Shown: positions 10,119-20,804, numbered from the stretch's first letter. The stretch is 64,000 bases of DNA from an uncultured Eubacteriales bacterium (GCA_959600635.1 CAUGMN010000002.1:3030-67029); one strand, 5' to 3'. The notes: generated from the sequence alone by a model not told the origin. Translations and numbers: made by a program.

Positions 10119-11150
10119 TTACAGGTCGTAAAACGACAGTTTGAGCCTGTATACAAGCTTTTCAAACGGCTTGATGCGCTGCAAGCTGGCGTTGACGCGC
10201 TCGGCGCGGCGTCCCATGATGAACATGTTGGCCGGTTCAATACCGAGGGCGTAATCACCGGAGCGCATGGACTTCCACTCGCAGAGGTTCGGCAGATTTT
10301 CCTGCTCGTAGGAGATCGCCGCGCCGATGCCAAGGCGCGGGTTTTCCGCCCGTACCGTACACCAGCCGTCTTCGGCCGCTTTGAGCTTGCGGAAGAAGAC
10401 GTGCTCGAAGAAGTGATCTTCGGGCGGAATGATCGTGTCGGCGAGAGCGAGCCCTTCCTTGGCTTCCGGCGTGCGGGGGATGCACTCGTTTTCCGGGAAC
10501 AGGAGCTTCAAATCCTCGCACAGGAAGGGAAACCCGAAATTGAAATGATAGAGTACGCAAAATTCCTCGGCCGTAAAGCCGATGTTTTCCAGCTCGTCGG
10601 TGATGGTCAGGCTGTTTTCGCCGAGCGCGGTGCGGATGGTGCGCGTCAGCATGAGATTGTGCTGGAAGAGCGCGCTCTCACGCATCGTCCCTTTGGCTTC
10701 GATGCGGTATTCGTCTCCGTCCCAATAGGACTGGGCGCAGAGATTTTCAGCGGGCGTAACGCCGATGTTGCCATGGCACTGGTGGAAAGTGCCGTCGTCC
10801 TCGACGCTTTCCGGCCCCGCGTTCAAAAGACCGGAGGTAAACAGCATGCCGCCCGAAACCGTGCGCGAGAACTGCCCGGGCACCGGCTGGCCGTAGAGCG
10901 GATGAGTCAAGCCGTTTTTGGACTGCTGCGACAGCGTGACGCCCTTGTAGCGCAGCGCGTGGATATCCAGACATTTGTCGGGCAGCGCTGTGAATTCAAG
11001 GCCGCTGCCGGTGCGGAATTCAAGCGCCGACGCGCCCTTGGCTTTGCCGCCGTCGTAGAGCATGGGCGTGACGCCGGCGATGTTGGAGAGATTGCCGGAA
11101 TAGCGGAGAAGCTCTTTTCTCGTATAATTCCTGCCGAATAAAGTCGCCAT
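10119..11150 (-). CDS. Aldose-1-epimerase-like protein (DUF4432 type)
   Basis: 343 aa. The N-terminus MATLFGRNYTRKELLRYSGNLSNIAG and the overall pattern match my recollection of the DUF4432/aldose epimerase superfamily. Assignment is from memory only. Confidence 0.65.
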   Translation of the reverse strand: MATLFGRNYTRKELLRYSGNLSNIAGVTPMLYDGGKAKGASALEFRTGSGLEFTALPDKCLDIHALRYKGVTLSQQSKNGLTHPLYGQPVPGQFSRTVSGGMLFTSGLLNAGPESVEDDGTFHQCHGNIGVTPAENLCAQSYWDGDEYRIEAKGTMRESALFQHNLMLTRTIRTALGENSLTITDELENIGFTAEEFCVLYHFNFGFPFLCEDLKLLFPENECIPRTPEAKEGLALADTIIPPEDHFFEHVFFRKLKAAEDGWCTVRAENPRLGIGAAISYEQENLPNLCEWKSMRSGDYALGIEPANMFIMGRRAERVNASLQRIKPFEKLVYRLKLSFYDL

Positions 11151-11215
11151 TTTATCTGAACAACCTTTCTTGTCGTTTCGTTGCGGGAAACGGTTTCTTG
11201 CGGACGGCGCCGCGG

Positions 11216-12562
11216 TCAGTCGCCGATTGAAGCGCCTTCAAACAGGCGCGCTTCCAGCGCGGCGCGTTTGGCTTCAAAGCCCGGCTTGCCGATCAGCGCG
11301 TACATGTTCTGCTTATAGGCTTCGACGCCGGGCTGGTCGAACGGGTTGACGCCGAGCAGATAGCCCGACAGCCCGCAGGCAAATTCGAAGAAGTAGACCA
11401 GCTCGCCGAACGTATAGGCGCTGGGGCCGTCGAGCTCGACGGCGATGTTGGGCACGCCGCCGTCCACATGGGCGAGGATGGTTCCGAGCGCGGCCATACG
11501 GTTGAGCTCGTCAAGCTCTTTGCCGGCGAGGAAATTGAGTCCGTCGAGATTGTCCTCCGAATGCGGGACGGCGACGTGCGCGCCGGAGCGCTCAAAGGTG
11601 ACGACGGTTTCAAAGAGGTTCCGCATGCCCTGCTGGATGTATTGACCCATCGAATGCAGGTCGGCGGTCAGATCGACGGAGGCGGGGAAGATGCCCTTGT
11701 GGTCCTTGCCCTCGCTCTCGCCGTAAAGCTGCTTCCACCACTCGCCGACATAGCGGAACCGCGGCTCATAGGCGGCGATGATCTCCGTGGTGAAGCCGCT
11801 GCGGTAGAGCGCGTTTCGCGCCGCCGCGTACTGCCAGGCCGGGTTGTCCGCGGAGGGAGAGGCCAGAGCGGCGGCCATGGAGGCCGCGCCCGCGAGCATC
11901 GCGTCGATATCGACGCCGGCCACGGCGATGGGGAGCAGACCCACCGGCGTAAGCACCGAGAAACGGCCGCCGATGTCGTCGGGGATGACAAAGCTTGTGT
12001 AGCCGAGCGAATCCGCCAGCGTTTTCAGCGCGCCGCGCGCCTTGTCGGTCGTCGCATAGATGCGTTCTCTTGCGCCGTCCGCGCCGTAGCGGCGTTCCAG
12101 CAGCTCGCGGAAGATGCGGAAAGCGACGGCGGGCTCGGTGGTCGTTCCGGATTTGGAGATGACGTTAATAGAGAAGTCGACGCCGTCGAGCAGGTCAATC
12201 AGCTCCTCGGCCTGCGAGGCGGAGAGCGAATTGCCGGCGAAAAAGATTTTCGGAGTCCCGCGCGCCGTCAGGTTATAGTTCGGAGATTTGACAAATTCAA
12301 TGGCGGCGCGGGCGCCGAGATAGGAGCCGCCGATACCGATGACGAGCAGCACCGCGGAATCCGAGCGGATTTTCGCCGCGGCGGCCTTGACGGCCTCGAC
12401 CTCGTCGCGGTCGAACGCGCAGGGAAGAGAGAGCCAGCCGAGAAAATCGCTGCCCTTGCCGGTATGGCCGGTCAGCGTCGCGTGCGCGGCCGGAAGCTCG
12501 GCAAGGACGGAATCATACGGCGCGAAAGAAAGCATGTTTTTGACGGATACGGACAGTGACAT
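11216..12562 (-). CDS. pgi: Glucose-6-phosphate isomerase
   Basis: 448 aa Firmicute-type PGI ([30 protein letters not shown] motifs). Confidence 0.9.
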   Translation of the reverse strand: MSLSVSVKNMLSFAPYDSVLAELPAAHATLTGHTGKGSDFLGWLSLPCAFDRDEVEAVKAAAAKIRSDSAVLLVIGIGGSYLGARAAIEFVKSPNYNLTARGTPKIFFAGNSLSASQAEELIDLLDGVDFSINVISKSGTTTEPAVAFRIFRELLERRYGADGARERIYATTDKARGALKTLADSLGYTSFVIPDDIGGRFSVLTPVGLLPIAVAGVDIDAMLAGAASMAAALASPSADNPAWQYAAARNALYRSGFTTEIIAAYEPRFRYVGEWWKQLYGESEGKDHKGIFPASVDLTADLHSMGQYIQQGMRNLFETVVTFERSGAHVAVPHSEDNLDGLNFLAGKELDELNRMAALGTILAHVDGGVPNIAVELDGPSAYTFGELVYFFEFACGLSGYLLGVNPFDQPGVEAYKQNMYALIGKPGFEAKRAALEARLFEGASIGD

Positions 12563-12705
12563 GGAAACATCTCCTGTATTTCAGATTCGGCCGGTTTCCG
12601 CACGGGCGAACCCCGGCCGCAGATTTTAAAATGGCGTTGCTATTTTGCCTTTGTAGAATCTTCCGCTTTTGCAGCTTCAAATATTATACCATAAATCCCG
12701 AATTT

Positions 12706-14742
12706 TTACAACTGCAAGACGGCCGCGGCGACGCTTTGCGGCTCGAGCGTCATCCGCAGCGCGCCCCCGTCAAACGCCGCGCCCGCAAGCCCGGCGGGCA
12801 GCTGCGAAAGATATTCCGAGCGCAGAACGATGTCGGCGGGGCGCTCGGAGAGATTGGTGACGAGCAGGAGCCGTTCGCCGCTGTCAAAGCGCTCCCACAC
12901 GGCTGCCAGCACGGCGCGCTCGGCGACGTCGCCCCGCTCGCTCTTGCCGCAGACGTCGGGCAATCCGCATTCCACGACCGGCGGGCGCAGCGGCCGGCCG
13001 GCGAAAAAGAACGGGTTATAGCGAAACCGCGTCTGCACGAGCGCGCGATAGTAGCCGCGGAGGGCGGGCGTCAGCGACAGGTAACGATCCGGTGAAAGCC
13101 ACCCCATCTGCTCGCCGAACAGAAGCGACTGCGCGGCGAAGATTTTCAGCGTCTCGTCGTCGTAAGCGCCGTTATAGTTTCGGCCGATCATCTCGATATA
13201 TCCCGCATAAACGGTCGAAAAGGCGGAAACCTGCCCGCTGAAAGTCGAGGACCATGACAAAAGGCCGGAGAGATGCTTCATATAGGCGTCGCCCAGACAC
13301 TCGGTCGTACAGGTTTTGGTTTTGACCGTCGTCCGCGCAATCGATTCCAGCATACGCTGATACGCCTCGACCCACCAGCGGCCGCCGCCGGCGGGGTGGT
13401 TATGCTCCTCGTCGCAGCAGAGCACGGGCGGCGCCGCGGCAATCTGATCGATATAAACGGCGTCGGCGCCGACCTCTGAAAATAAACGTTCACACAGCTC
13501 GCGCACCTTGTCGCGCCAGACGCCGCTCTGCGGACACATCACGGCGAGTTCGACGTCGCTGCCGTCGGCCTCCTTTGAGCCGTAATGCTCGGTGAACACG
13601 TTGCCCTGCGCATCCTTGGTGGCGCCGGCTTTGGCGACGGAGGAAAAGAGCCAGTCCTCGGCGCCGCGGTCGCGCGTGTCCCAGAGGCGTCCGTTGATAT
13701 AGGGCATGACGTGCAGGCCGCGCTCTTGAAGGGCGGAAAAGGTATCGAGAAAGCAGTCGCGCGCGGGAAAATAGTGCGGATAGTCGTTGTCGAACGGGTT
13801 GCGGTGCCATTCATAGAGGTGAACCGACGACGGGACGCCGAGATCCTCCTGTGCGGCGAGCGTCTTTTCGATATAGGCGGGAGTGTTGGTGACCGAGACG
13901 AGCCACCAGTGCGGGTTTTCACGCATCCAGCGGGGAATGTCGCCGCGTCCGCGCGCGGGCAGCCATGAGGCCTCGGCCTCGACAAATTCACGGTACAGTA
14001 TGGCCGCGTCGTACCAGTCGCCGTCGAACAGTTCCCAGACGAGGCGGCCGCCGAGCGTCTGCGAGTTGCGCGCGCGCGTGACGTTTTCGGCCGGAACGTC
14101 GGAAAAAAGCCGCAGCACCGTGCCGAATTTGGTTTCATTGGGCGAAAAAAGCTCGTGTGACATCGTCTTGACCGCGGCAAAACGGTCATGTACGCCGTAA
14201 TACAATCCGCGGCGAAGCCGTTGGTCCCAGAACGCCATGTAAGCCATGGCGGCCTCGCAGGAGGGGTAGATCGCATTTTTGAGGCGCGTCTGCCCCGACA
14301 GGTCGGAATAAACGACCCCGCCGTCGTGAGACAGAAAGAGGCGGAGCTCGTCGGTGACGTCGGCGTAAAGGTTCGGATAGGAGAGGGCTTGCAGCGAAAG
14401 ACCGTCCGCGAGGACGGCGCATGAGACCGTCCACTCCACGGCGGAACGGCGTTCGCCGCATACGGCCGACAGAAAAACGCGCAGCTCCGGGCGGCAGAGC
14501 GTGATCTGAGAGCCGCCTTCCTTTACGGAAACCTCCCAGCCGTCGAGAGAATCGAGCGTTTTCATTTGCCCGTCGGCGAGGGATTTCAGCGTCAGCGTGA
14601 ACAGCGCACGCTCGCCCGAAAAAAAGTCCGTCCCCGTTTTTTCATCGCGGAGTCCGGCAAAGGCGACGCCGTGAGAAAGCCGGACGAGCGAGACGCGGAG
14701 GTCAAGAGATTTCAGAACGATCGGATTCAGCTTGGATTCCAT
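12706..14742 (-). CDS. Uncharacterised TIM-barrel glycoside-hydrolase-like protein (DUF6259-like)
   Basis: Long ORF with normal codon bias and no signal peptide. Similarity to DUF6259-type putative glycosidases is from memory. Probable start is ATG 14742 (MESKLN); the track ORF starts at 14754. Confidence 0.55.
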   Translation of the reverse strand: MESKLNPIVLKSLDLRVSLVRLSHGVAFAGLRDEKTGTDFFSGERALFTLTLKSLADGQMKTLDSLDGWEVSVKEGGSQITLCRPELRVFLSAVCGERRSAVEWTVSCAVLADGLSLQALSYPNLYADVTDELRLFLSHDGGVVYSDLSGQTRLKNAIYPSCEAAMAYMAFWDQRLRRGLYYGVHDRFAAVKTMSHELFSPNETKFGTVLRLFSDVPAENVTRARNSQTLGGRLVWELFDGDWYDAAILYREFVEAEASWLPARGRGDIPRWMRENPHWWLVSVTNTPAYIEKTLAAQEDLGVPSSVHLYEWHRNPFDNDYPHYFPARDCFLDTFSALQERGLHVMPYINGRLWDTRDRGAEDWLFSSVAKAGATKDAQGNVFTEHYGSKEADGSDVELAVMCPQSGVWRDKVRELCERLFSEVGADAVYIDQIAAAPPVLCCDEEHNHPAGGGRWWVEAYQRMLESIARTTVKTKTCTTECLGDAYMKHLSGLLSWSSTFSGQVSAFSTVYAGYIEMIGRNYNGAYDDETLKIFAAQSLLFGEQMGWLSPDRYLSLTPALRGYYRALVQTRFRYNPFFFAGRPLRPPVVECGLPDVCGKSERGDVAERAVLAAVWERFDSGERLLLVTNLSERPADIVLRSEYLSQLPAGLAGAAFDGGALRMTLEPQSVAAAVLQL

Positions 14743-14843
14743 AGTGACCACCATTTCCTTTTATATTCTTTTTTTCAATCAGGTCTGCGTCCGTATTTCC
14801 GGATATCTGAAACGAATGGCGCGCGTCTGTCAGGAGCGATTAC

Positions 14844-15614
14844 TCACAGAATGCCGCCGGCGCTGTCGGGGTCGCAGTACAGATTCGCCGACGGATGCCT
14901 GCGCAGAACCGTCGCCGGGCATTCCGGAGAGATCGCGCCGCGGAGCGTGCGGCGAACCGCGTTGGCCTTGGTCGCCGCCGGAACCGAGCAGAACAGATAA
15001 CGGCCCGCAAACAGAGCGGGCACCGTCAGCGTCAGCGCCGTTTTGGGAACCGCGTCGAGCGAGGCGAAGCAGCCGTCGTTGACCTGCTGCATCCGGCAGA
15101 CCGCGTCGAGCGGTACGGCCTTGACCAACGCCGGATCTTGAAAATCGGCGACCCACGGATCATTGAAAGCGATATGACCGTTTTCGCCGATGCCGAGCAC
15201 GACGACATCGGGCGGGAAAGCGCTCAGCAGCGCCGCATAGCGCGCGCATTCGGCAGCTGCGTTCCCAGCGGCGCTGTCGATATAGTGGACGCTTCGAAAA
15301 GGCTTTTTGGAGAAAACGCGTTCACGCAGAAAATTGCCGAATCCCTGCGGCGCGTCGCGGTCGAGGCCGATGTATTCGTCCATATGAAAGGCGTTGACGC
15401 GCGCCCAGTCGATTCCGTCGGCGGCGTTGAGCGCTTGCAGCACCTCGTTCTGGGACGGCGCGGCGGCGAAGATGACGTTGACGGCATCCTGCTCCGAGAG
15501 CAATGCCCGAAGCCGTTCGGCGATTTCCGTTCCGGCAACGCGCCCCATTTCCGCGCGCGAGTCCATCACCCGGACCCGCAGACGGTCGACATAAAAATCG
15601 GTAATGATCGACAT
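14844..15614 (-). CDS. Glucosamine-6-phosphate deaminase / 6-phosphogluconolactonase family protein
   Basis: NagB-family motifs AAPSQ, FHMDEYIGL and GIGENGHIAFNDP. Start at ATG 15614 preceded by GGGAGGAA; the track ORF extends to 15665. Confidence 0.8.
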   Translation of the reverse strand: MSIITDFYVDRLRVRVMDSRAEMGRVAGTEIAERLRALLSEQDAVNVIFAAAPSQNEVLQALNAADGIDWARVNAFHMDEYIGLDRDAPQGFGNFLRERVFSKKPFRSVHYIDSAAGNAAAECARYAALLSAFPPDVVVLGIGENGHIAFNDPWVADFQDPALVKAVPLDAVCRMQQVNDGCFASLDAVPKTALTLTVPALFAGRYLFCSVPAATKANAVRRTLRGAISPECPATVLRRHPSANLYCDPDSAGGIL

Positions 15615-15658
15615 ATTGATATTCCTCCCTGTAAAAATGACTTTTTTCTCCGCCGCCG

Positions 15659-15687
15659 TTGACATTTTCAGAGCGCGGTGTTATAAT
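15659..15687 (+). promoter_or_regulatory. Consensus sigma-70-type promoter for the MATE transporter gene
   Basis: TTGACA, a 17-nt spacer, then TATAAT (both hexamers perfect), about 115 nt upstream of ATG 15803. Confidence 0.6.
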
Positions 15688-15802
15688 CTTTTGTCTGTGC
15701 AACGTGAAATGGATCATGACGAAACGCGGTTAAGCGCTTGTGCGCTCAGCGTCCGTCGGGTCGTTTTCGCTTGAATCGATTTTTGAAGAAACGGAGTCAA
15801 TC

Positions 15803-17161
15803 ATGAACGATAACACGCGGCAGTATATCAAAATGACGGAGACGCCGGTGCGTAGGTTGGTGTTGCAGCTGGCCGTGCCGACTGTGGTGAGCATGCTCGT
15901 CACGGCAGTATATAACATGGCCGACACCTATTTTGTCTCCCACATCGACACGAGCGCCTCCGGCGCCGTCGGCGTGGTCTTTTCGCTGATGGCGATGATT
16001 CAGGCCGTGGGGTTTATGCTGGGCATGGGCTCGGGCAGTTTGATTTCACGGCTTCTCGGTCAGCGGGAGAACGACAAAGCCAATGCCGTGGCGATGACGG
16101 GCTTTTTTTCCGCGCTCGTTTTCGGGGTGCTCTTTATGGCCGGGGGCCTGCTTTTTTTAGAGCCGCTGATGGAGCTGCTCGGCGCGACCGATACGATTTT
16201 GCCGCACGCGAAAGACTATGCGCGTTATATTCTGCTCGCAGCGCCCGTGATGGCCGGTTCGTTCGTGCTCAACAATATCCTGCGCGCCGAGGGCAGAGCC
16301 AAGTTTGCGATGGTGGGCATTTCTGCCGGCGGCGTGCTGAACATCGCGCTCGACCCGCTGTTTATCAACGTCTTCGGCCTGCAAATCGGCGGCGCGGCGA
16401 TCGCCACAGCCATCAGCCAGACGATCAGCTTTTTGATCCTGCTGTTCTGCTTTCTGTCGGGCAGAAGCGCGTTGAGGCTGCGGCTGCGAAACATCTCGCG
16501 CAGCTTAAAGATGTACGTTGGAATCGTCAAAGCCGGGCTGCCGTCGTTCTGCCGGCAGGGGCTGGCGAGCGCTTCTACGGTGCTCCTCAATAACGCCGCC
16601 GAACCGTACGGCGATCCGGCGATCGCGGCGATGTCGATTGTCGGCAAGGTGTTTTTCCTGCTCTTTTCCGTCGGGCTTGGCATCGGACAGGGGTATCAGC
16701 CGGTCGTCGGCTACAACTACGGCGCCAAAAAATACGGCCGCGTCCGGCAGGCGTTTCGGTTCACGTTTGCGACTGACGCGGTGATTATGACCGTTTTTGC
16801 CGCCGCCGTGTTTTTCGCCGCGCCGCACATCATGCGCGCCTTTATCCCCGACGATGCGAAGGTGATTGAGATCGGCACGGAGGCGCTCAAAGCCCAATGC
16901 CTCGCCATGCCGTTTGTGTCGCTTGGAATCGTCTGCAACATGACGTTCCAGTCGGTCGGCAAATCGTGGACGGCGACGATCCTATCCAGTGCGCGGCAGG
17001 GCATTTTCTTTGTGCCGCTGATCTACCTGCTGCCGTCTCTGTTCGGCCTTGCCGGCGTGGAGATCGCGCAGCCGGTCGCGGACGGACTGACCTTTTTGCT
17101 CTGCGTCCCGTTTGCGCTGATCTTTTTCAGAACGCTTCCGCCCGAACCGGATGCGGCGTGA
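15803..17161 (+). CDS. MATE family efflux transporter
   Basis: About 452 aa polytopic protein. The N-terminus ...PVRRLVLQLAVPTVVSMLVTAVYNMADTYFVS is typical of MATE. ATG 15803. Confidence 0.85.
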   Translation: MNDNTRQYIKMTETPVRRLVLQLAVPTVVSMLVTAVYNMADTYFVSHIDTSASGAVGVVFSLMAMIQAVGFMLGMGSGSLISRLLGQRENDKANAVAMTGFFSALVFGVLFMAGGLLFLEPLMELLGATDTILPHAKDYARYILLAAPVMAGSFVLNNILRAEGRAKFAMVGISAGGVLNIALDPLFINVFGLQIGGAAIATAISQTISFLILLFCFLSGRSALRLRLRNISRSLKMYVGIVKAGLPSFCRQGLASASTVLLNNAAEPYGDPAIAAMSIVGKVFFLLFSVGLGIGQGYQPVVGYNYGAKKYGRVRQAFRFTFATDAVIMTVFAAAVFFAAPHIMRAFIPDDAKVIEIGTEALKAQCLAMPFVSLGIVCNMTFQSVGKSWTATILSSARQGIFFVPLIYLLPSLFGLAGVEIAQPVADGLTFLLCVPFALIFFRTLPPEPDAA

Positions 17162-17273
17162 TAAAAAAACGGCCGGAAAAAGAGCGGTATCGATGGAGGC
17201 GGTTTTTCGTTCCGCTGTATATGCGGTGTCAATCCGCGGCGGAGAACCGACGCCCGCGGCCTTTTGCGAAAGA

Positions 17274-17316
17274 ATCCGTACCGGCGCAGCTTTGTGCGCC
17301 GGCACGGATTTTTTTA
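17274..17316 (+). terminator. Rho-independent terminator after the MATE gene
   Basis: atccgtaccggcgca-gctttg-tgcgccggcacggat (15-bp stem, one mismatch) followed by ttttttt. Confidence 0.7.
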
Positions 17317-17320
17317 GGCT

Positions 17321-20300
17321 TTACACGCGAACCATCGTGATATTGAAGTCGGTGAACTTAACGAGCCGCAGATCGGGCACGCAGGAATTGACAAACAGGC
17401 CGACATACTGCGCATGCGCCGCGTCGTCATAGGTATAGCCGCCCTGACGGACCCAGGTCGCCGCCTCGTCCATGCTGTAATAACAGTCGAAGTGCGAGCC
17501 GCGTTTTTCAATTTTGATCCAATACGGCGCTTCCGGTCCTTCGGGAGAGCCGCTGAGAGTGTCCGGATCGATCTGACGGGTGTAGACCTTGTTGCAGAAG
17601 CCGCGGGAGGACATAGCGCCCGCATACAGCAGGCCGCTCACGTCGTCCCATGGTTTTTCAAGCGAATTTTTGACGACGATACCGTGCCGCGCATACGGAG
17701 TGGTGTAGCCCTCGTACGCTATGCGCACCGTCGCGTCAAAGTCGCCTTCAACGGGGAAACGGCTCCATAAAATACCGTATTCCATGCGGTTGGAGGGGAC
17801 GCTCGGAGACTGATGCTGGTTCCCGGCCGCATTGATATAGAGGTGGTCGCCGGCGGCTCCGAATTCAGCCTTTGTCCCGCGCCAGCAGATCCATTTGCTC
17901 TCGTCGGGGCGGCCGCAGACGTCGATCTCAGCCGGAGCTCCGTCGCCGATGACCGCGTAATGATTCCCGATCTGCAACGGCCGGACACGGAAAGAGACGA
18001 CGCGCTCTTCGCCGGCAGAGAGCGTCACGGTCTCGGAGCCGGCCGGAATGCCGTCAAGCGTGCAGGCGACCGTCTCGGTGTGCGCAAAGCTGCCGGTATT
18101 TTTGACTGGCGCGGAAACGGTAAAGGCTTCGCGGAAGCTGCCGTGGCGGAGCATCACCTTGTCCGCCTTGGTGTCGCCGCAGACGAACACCGGCGGCTTG
18201 GGCTCCGTCACGGTCAGCGCAAAGGGAACGCCGCAGACCATGATTTCCGTCGTCCGCGCGTCGTAAGCCGTGTAGGTCAGCGTAAAGCTGCCCTCCGTGT
18301 TGCTGGCGAGATAGCAGACCTCGCGGCTGCGCAGCAGGCCGTTTTCAAAGATCTTGCAGTCGAGCGAACCGTCAACGCCGTTGTTTCTGAGGCGCACGGT
18401 CACCTGCGCCGGTTCGCCGGCCGCCGCGCTGTGGCAGCCCTCGACGGAGAGCACCTCGAAGCGGGGCGTTTCCGTCGTCAGCGAAGGCGGAGCGGCTTCA
18501 AAATCCGTCCCCCATGACGAAGGCTTGTCGCCCATTTCCAGCACCAGCTCGCCGCCCGCCATGATATCGGCGTGGCTCAGCCAGCATTTGCCGTAGGGCT
18601 TTCCGTTCAGCACAGCGGACTGGATATAAATGTTTTCCTTAGAGTTGTTGCGGGCGATGACCGTAAAGCTCTTTCCCTCCGGCAGACGGAGCGTCCAGCG
18701 CGCGAAGGCGGGAGAGGTCAGCGTATAGCAGGGGCGCGCGGGGCAGGAGGGGAAGAGGCCGAGCGCGATAAAGGCGAACCACGCGCCCATGGAACCGGAG
18801 TCGTCCTCGCCGTAGACGCCGCCGGGCTCTAAGGAGTGGATCGTCGTCATATAGCGGCGGCAGACCTCCATGGTTTTATACGGCGCGCGGGCGAAAGTGT
18901 AGATGAAAGGGATGTGGAAGGCGGTCTCGTTGATGTGATTGAAGCGGTTATGAGAGAACGTGCCGTCGATATGCTCGACCATGCGCTCGTCGCCGCCCAT
19001 CAGGTTGATGACGCCCTGAATGTCGTGCGGCACCAGCGTCGTATACTCCCACGGCGTACATTCGCAGAAGCCGCGCTTGTGAGAATCGTTGGGGTTGAAC
19101 GGTTCGACCCATGTTCCGTCGGCGCGTTTGCGGCGCACAAAGCCGGTTTTGGGATCGAAGACGTTTTTGTAGTTTTGGGCGCGCTTGGAGAGGAACCGGT
19201 AATCCTCCTCATAGCCGAGCTCGCGCGCCAGCTCGGCGGTGCACCAGTCGTCATAGGTCAGCTCGAGCGTCACGGAGACGGAAAAATCATGCTCGCTGTT
19301 CGCTTCGTCGGCGGGCAGATACCCCAGCTCGCTGTACGCGGCGGGAATGCCTTCGGCGCCGATATCGGTGCGCGTCGTCGCATGCTTCATCGCGGTAAAA
19401 GCCGTTTTATAATCAAAGTTGCGCCGGCCCTTGACGTAGGATTCCGTCAGCACGCTGGCGGCATGGTGTCCGGTCATGCAGGGCATCAGCCCGAGACAGG
19501 GCGCGGGCGACATCGGCAGCTTTCCGGACTGGTAGTAATTTTCCATCAGCGATTGGGCGACGTCGTCCTGCCGCTCCGGCTCGATCAGCTGTTGGAGCGG
19601 GTGCGTGGCGCGGAAGGTGTCCCAGATCGCCCAGATATCGCTGTAAAAATGGCGGCCGTTGCTGTTCTGCGTGTGCGGCTTACCGTCGGCGCCGAGGAAA
19701 TAAAAACCGTCCTCCTCGTCATATTCCACGGGCAGGTTCATGCAGCGGTACAGATCGGAATAGAAAATGCGCTTGGCCGTCTCGTCGTCGGTTTCAATAT
19801 CGATGACCGAGAGCGCCTTGTCCCAGGCGTCCTTGCAGTCGGCGACGACCTTGTCAAAGTCGAACGCGGGGATCTGCCGGTCCAGATTTTTGGCCGCCTG
19901 TTCCATGCTGATATAGGAGATGCCGATTTTTGCGAGTACGGTTTCTCCCTCCGCAGTCTCAAACATCGGCACGGCGCCGATTTTTTTGCCGTTGATTTCC
20001 GAGACGTTTTCAAAAACGTCCTCGCCTTTCCAGAAGACGACCTTTTGAAAGGGCTTGGAGAGCCGCAGCGTGAAGTAGACGCGCGTCTCGGCCGTGTTCG
20101 GATAGCCGATCGGATAGACGCCGTAGCCGCGCAGCTCGCTGTCGCCGCAGATTTCCGCATGGCCGTCATAGCCCAAAGCATACTGGCACAGCGTGTGGGA
20201 AAGGTCGAGCAGCAGACGGGAATCCGTCGAGGCCGGATAGGTCAGGCGGAAGATCGAGCAGTTCTTCGTCGCCGACATCTCGGTTTTGATGCCGTAACGA

Positions 20301-20623
20301 AGCAGATCGACGCTGTAATAGCCGACCTCGGCAGTCTCGCGCTTGTGCGTAAATTTGGAGCAAAACTTCTGTTCCTCGACAATCAGCTCGCCGTTGGCGG
20401 GCATGAGCATAATATGGCCGCGGCCGCCGGAGCCGCCGATCCCCTCGATACGGGTGTGGGAAAAACCAAGGATTACATCGTCCTCATAGTCATAGCCGGC
20501 GTTATTGAGGGAGTAGGTGTCAGGAGCCATTTTGACCATACCATGCGGCACCTGCGGGCCGACGACGGCCTTGCCGGAGCCGGTCGTCCCCATCAAAACG
20601 CTGACGGAATCGCTCAGTCGCAT
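17321..20623 (-). CDS. Glycoside hydrolase family 92-like alpha-mannosidase with C-terminal extra domains (Ig-like repeats plus a ConA/LamG-like domain)
   Basis: GH92-like N-terminus (GTTG...VPHGMVKMAPDT, GFSHTRIEGIGG) and a GEDDSGSMGAWFAFIALGLFP segment resembling the GH92 catalytic region. 1100 aa, no signal peptide. Confidence 0.8.
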   Translation of the reverse strand: MRLSDSVSVLMGTTGSGKAVVGPQVPHGMVKMAPDTYSLNNAGYDYEDDVILGFSHTRIEGIGGSGGRGHIMLMPANGELIVEEQKFCSKFTHKRETAEVGYYSVDLLRYGIKTEMSATKNCSIFRLTYPASTDSRLLLDLSHTLCQYALGYDGHAEICGDSELRGYGVYPIGYPNTAETRVYFTLRLSKPFQKVVFWKGEDVFENVSEINGKKIGAVPMFETAEGETVLAKIGISYISMEQAAKNLDRQIPAFDFDKVVADCKDAWDKALSVIDIETDDETAKRIFYSDLYRCMNLPVEYDEEDGFYFLGADGKPHTQNSNGRHFYSDIWAIWDTFRATHPLQQLIEPERQDDVAQSLMENYYQSGKLPMSPAPCLGLMPCMTGHHAASVLTESYVKGRRNFDYKTAFTAMKHATTRTDIGAEGIPAAYSELGYLPADEANSEHDFSVSVTLELTYDDWCTAELARELGYEEDYRFLSKRAQNYKNVFDPKTGFVRRKRADGTWVEPFNPNDSHKRGFCECTPWEYTTLVPHDIQGVINLMGGDERMVEHIDGTFSHNRFNHINETAFHIPFIYTFARAPYKTMEVCRRYMTTIHSLEPGGVYGEDDSGSMGAWFAFIALGLFPSCPARPCYTLTSPAFARWTLRLPEGKSFTVIARNNSKENIYIQSAVLNGKPYGKCWLSHADIMAGGELVLEMGDKPSSWGTDFEAAPPSLTTETPRFEVLSVEGCHSAAAGEPAQVTVRLRNNGVDGSLDCKIFENGLLRSREVCYLASNTEGSFTLTYTAYDARTTEIMVCGVPFALTVTEPKPPVFVCGDTKADKVMLRHGSFREAFTVSAPVKNTGSFAHTETVACTLDGIPAGSETVTLSAGEERVVSFRVRPLQIGNHYAVIGDGAPAEIDVCGRPDESKWICWRGTKAEFGAAGDHLYINAAGNQHQSPSVPSNRMEYGILWSRFPVEGDFDATVRIAYEGYTTPYARHGIVVKNSLEKPWDDVSGLLYAGAMSSRGFCNKVYTRQIDPDTLSGSPEGPEAPYWIKIEKRGSHFDCYYSMDEAATWVRQGGYTYDDAAHAQYVGLFVNSCVPDLRLVKFTDFNITMVRV

Positions 20624-20804
20624 AACGAATACCTCCGTTTGTCAAATTCAGGATTTAACGTTGGATATATAGTATCACGCTCGGCCACGATATGCAAGAA
20701 CTTTTCTGAGAAAAAGTTGAAACCGCTTGCGGGAGAAGAGGAGATGTGCTATAATCAACAATATAGTAAAATATGGAAGCGCGGCGGAAGGAGAGGCATC
20801 AAAA

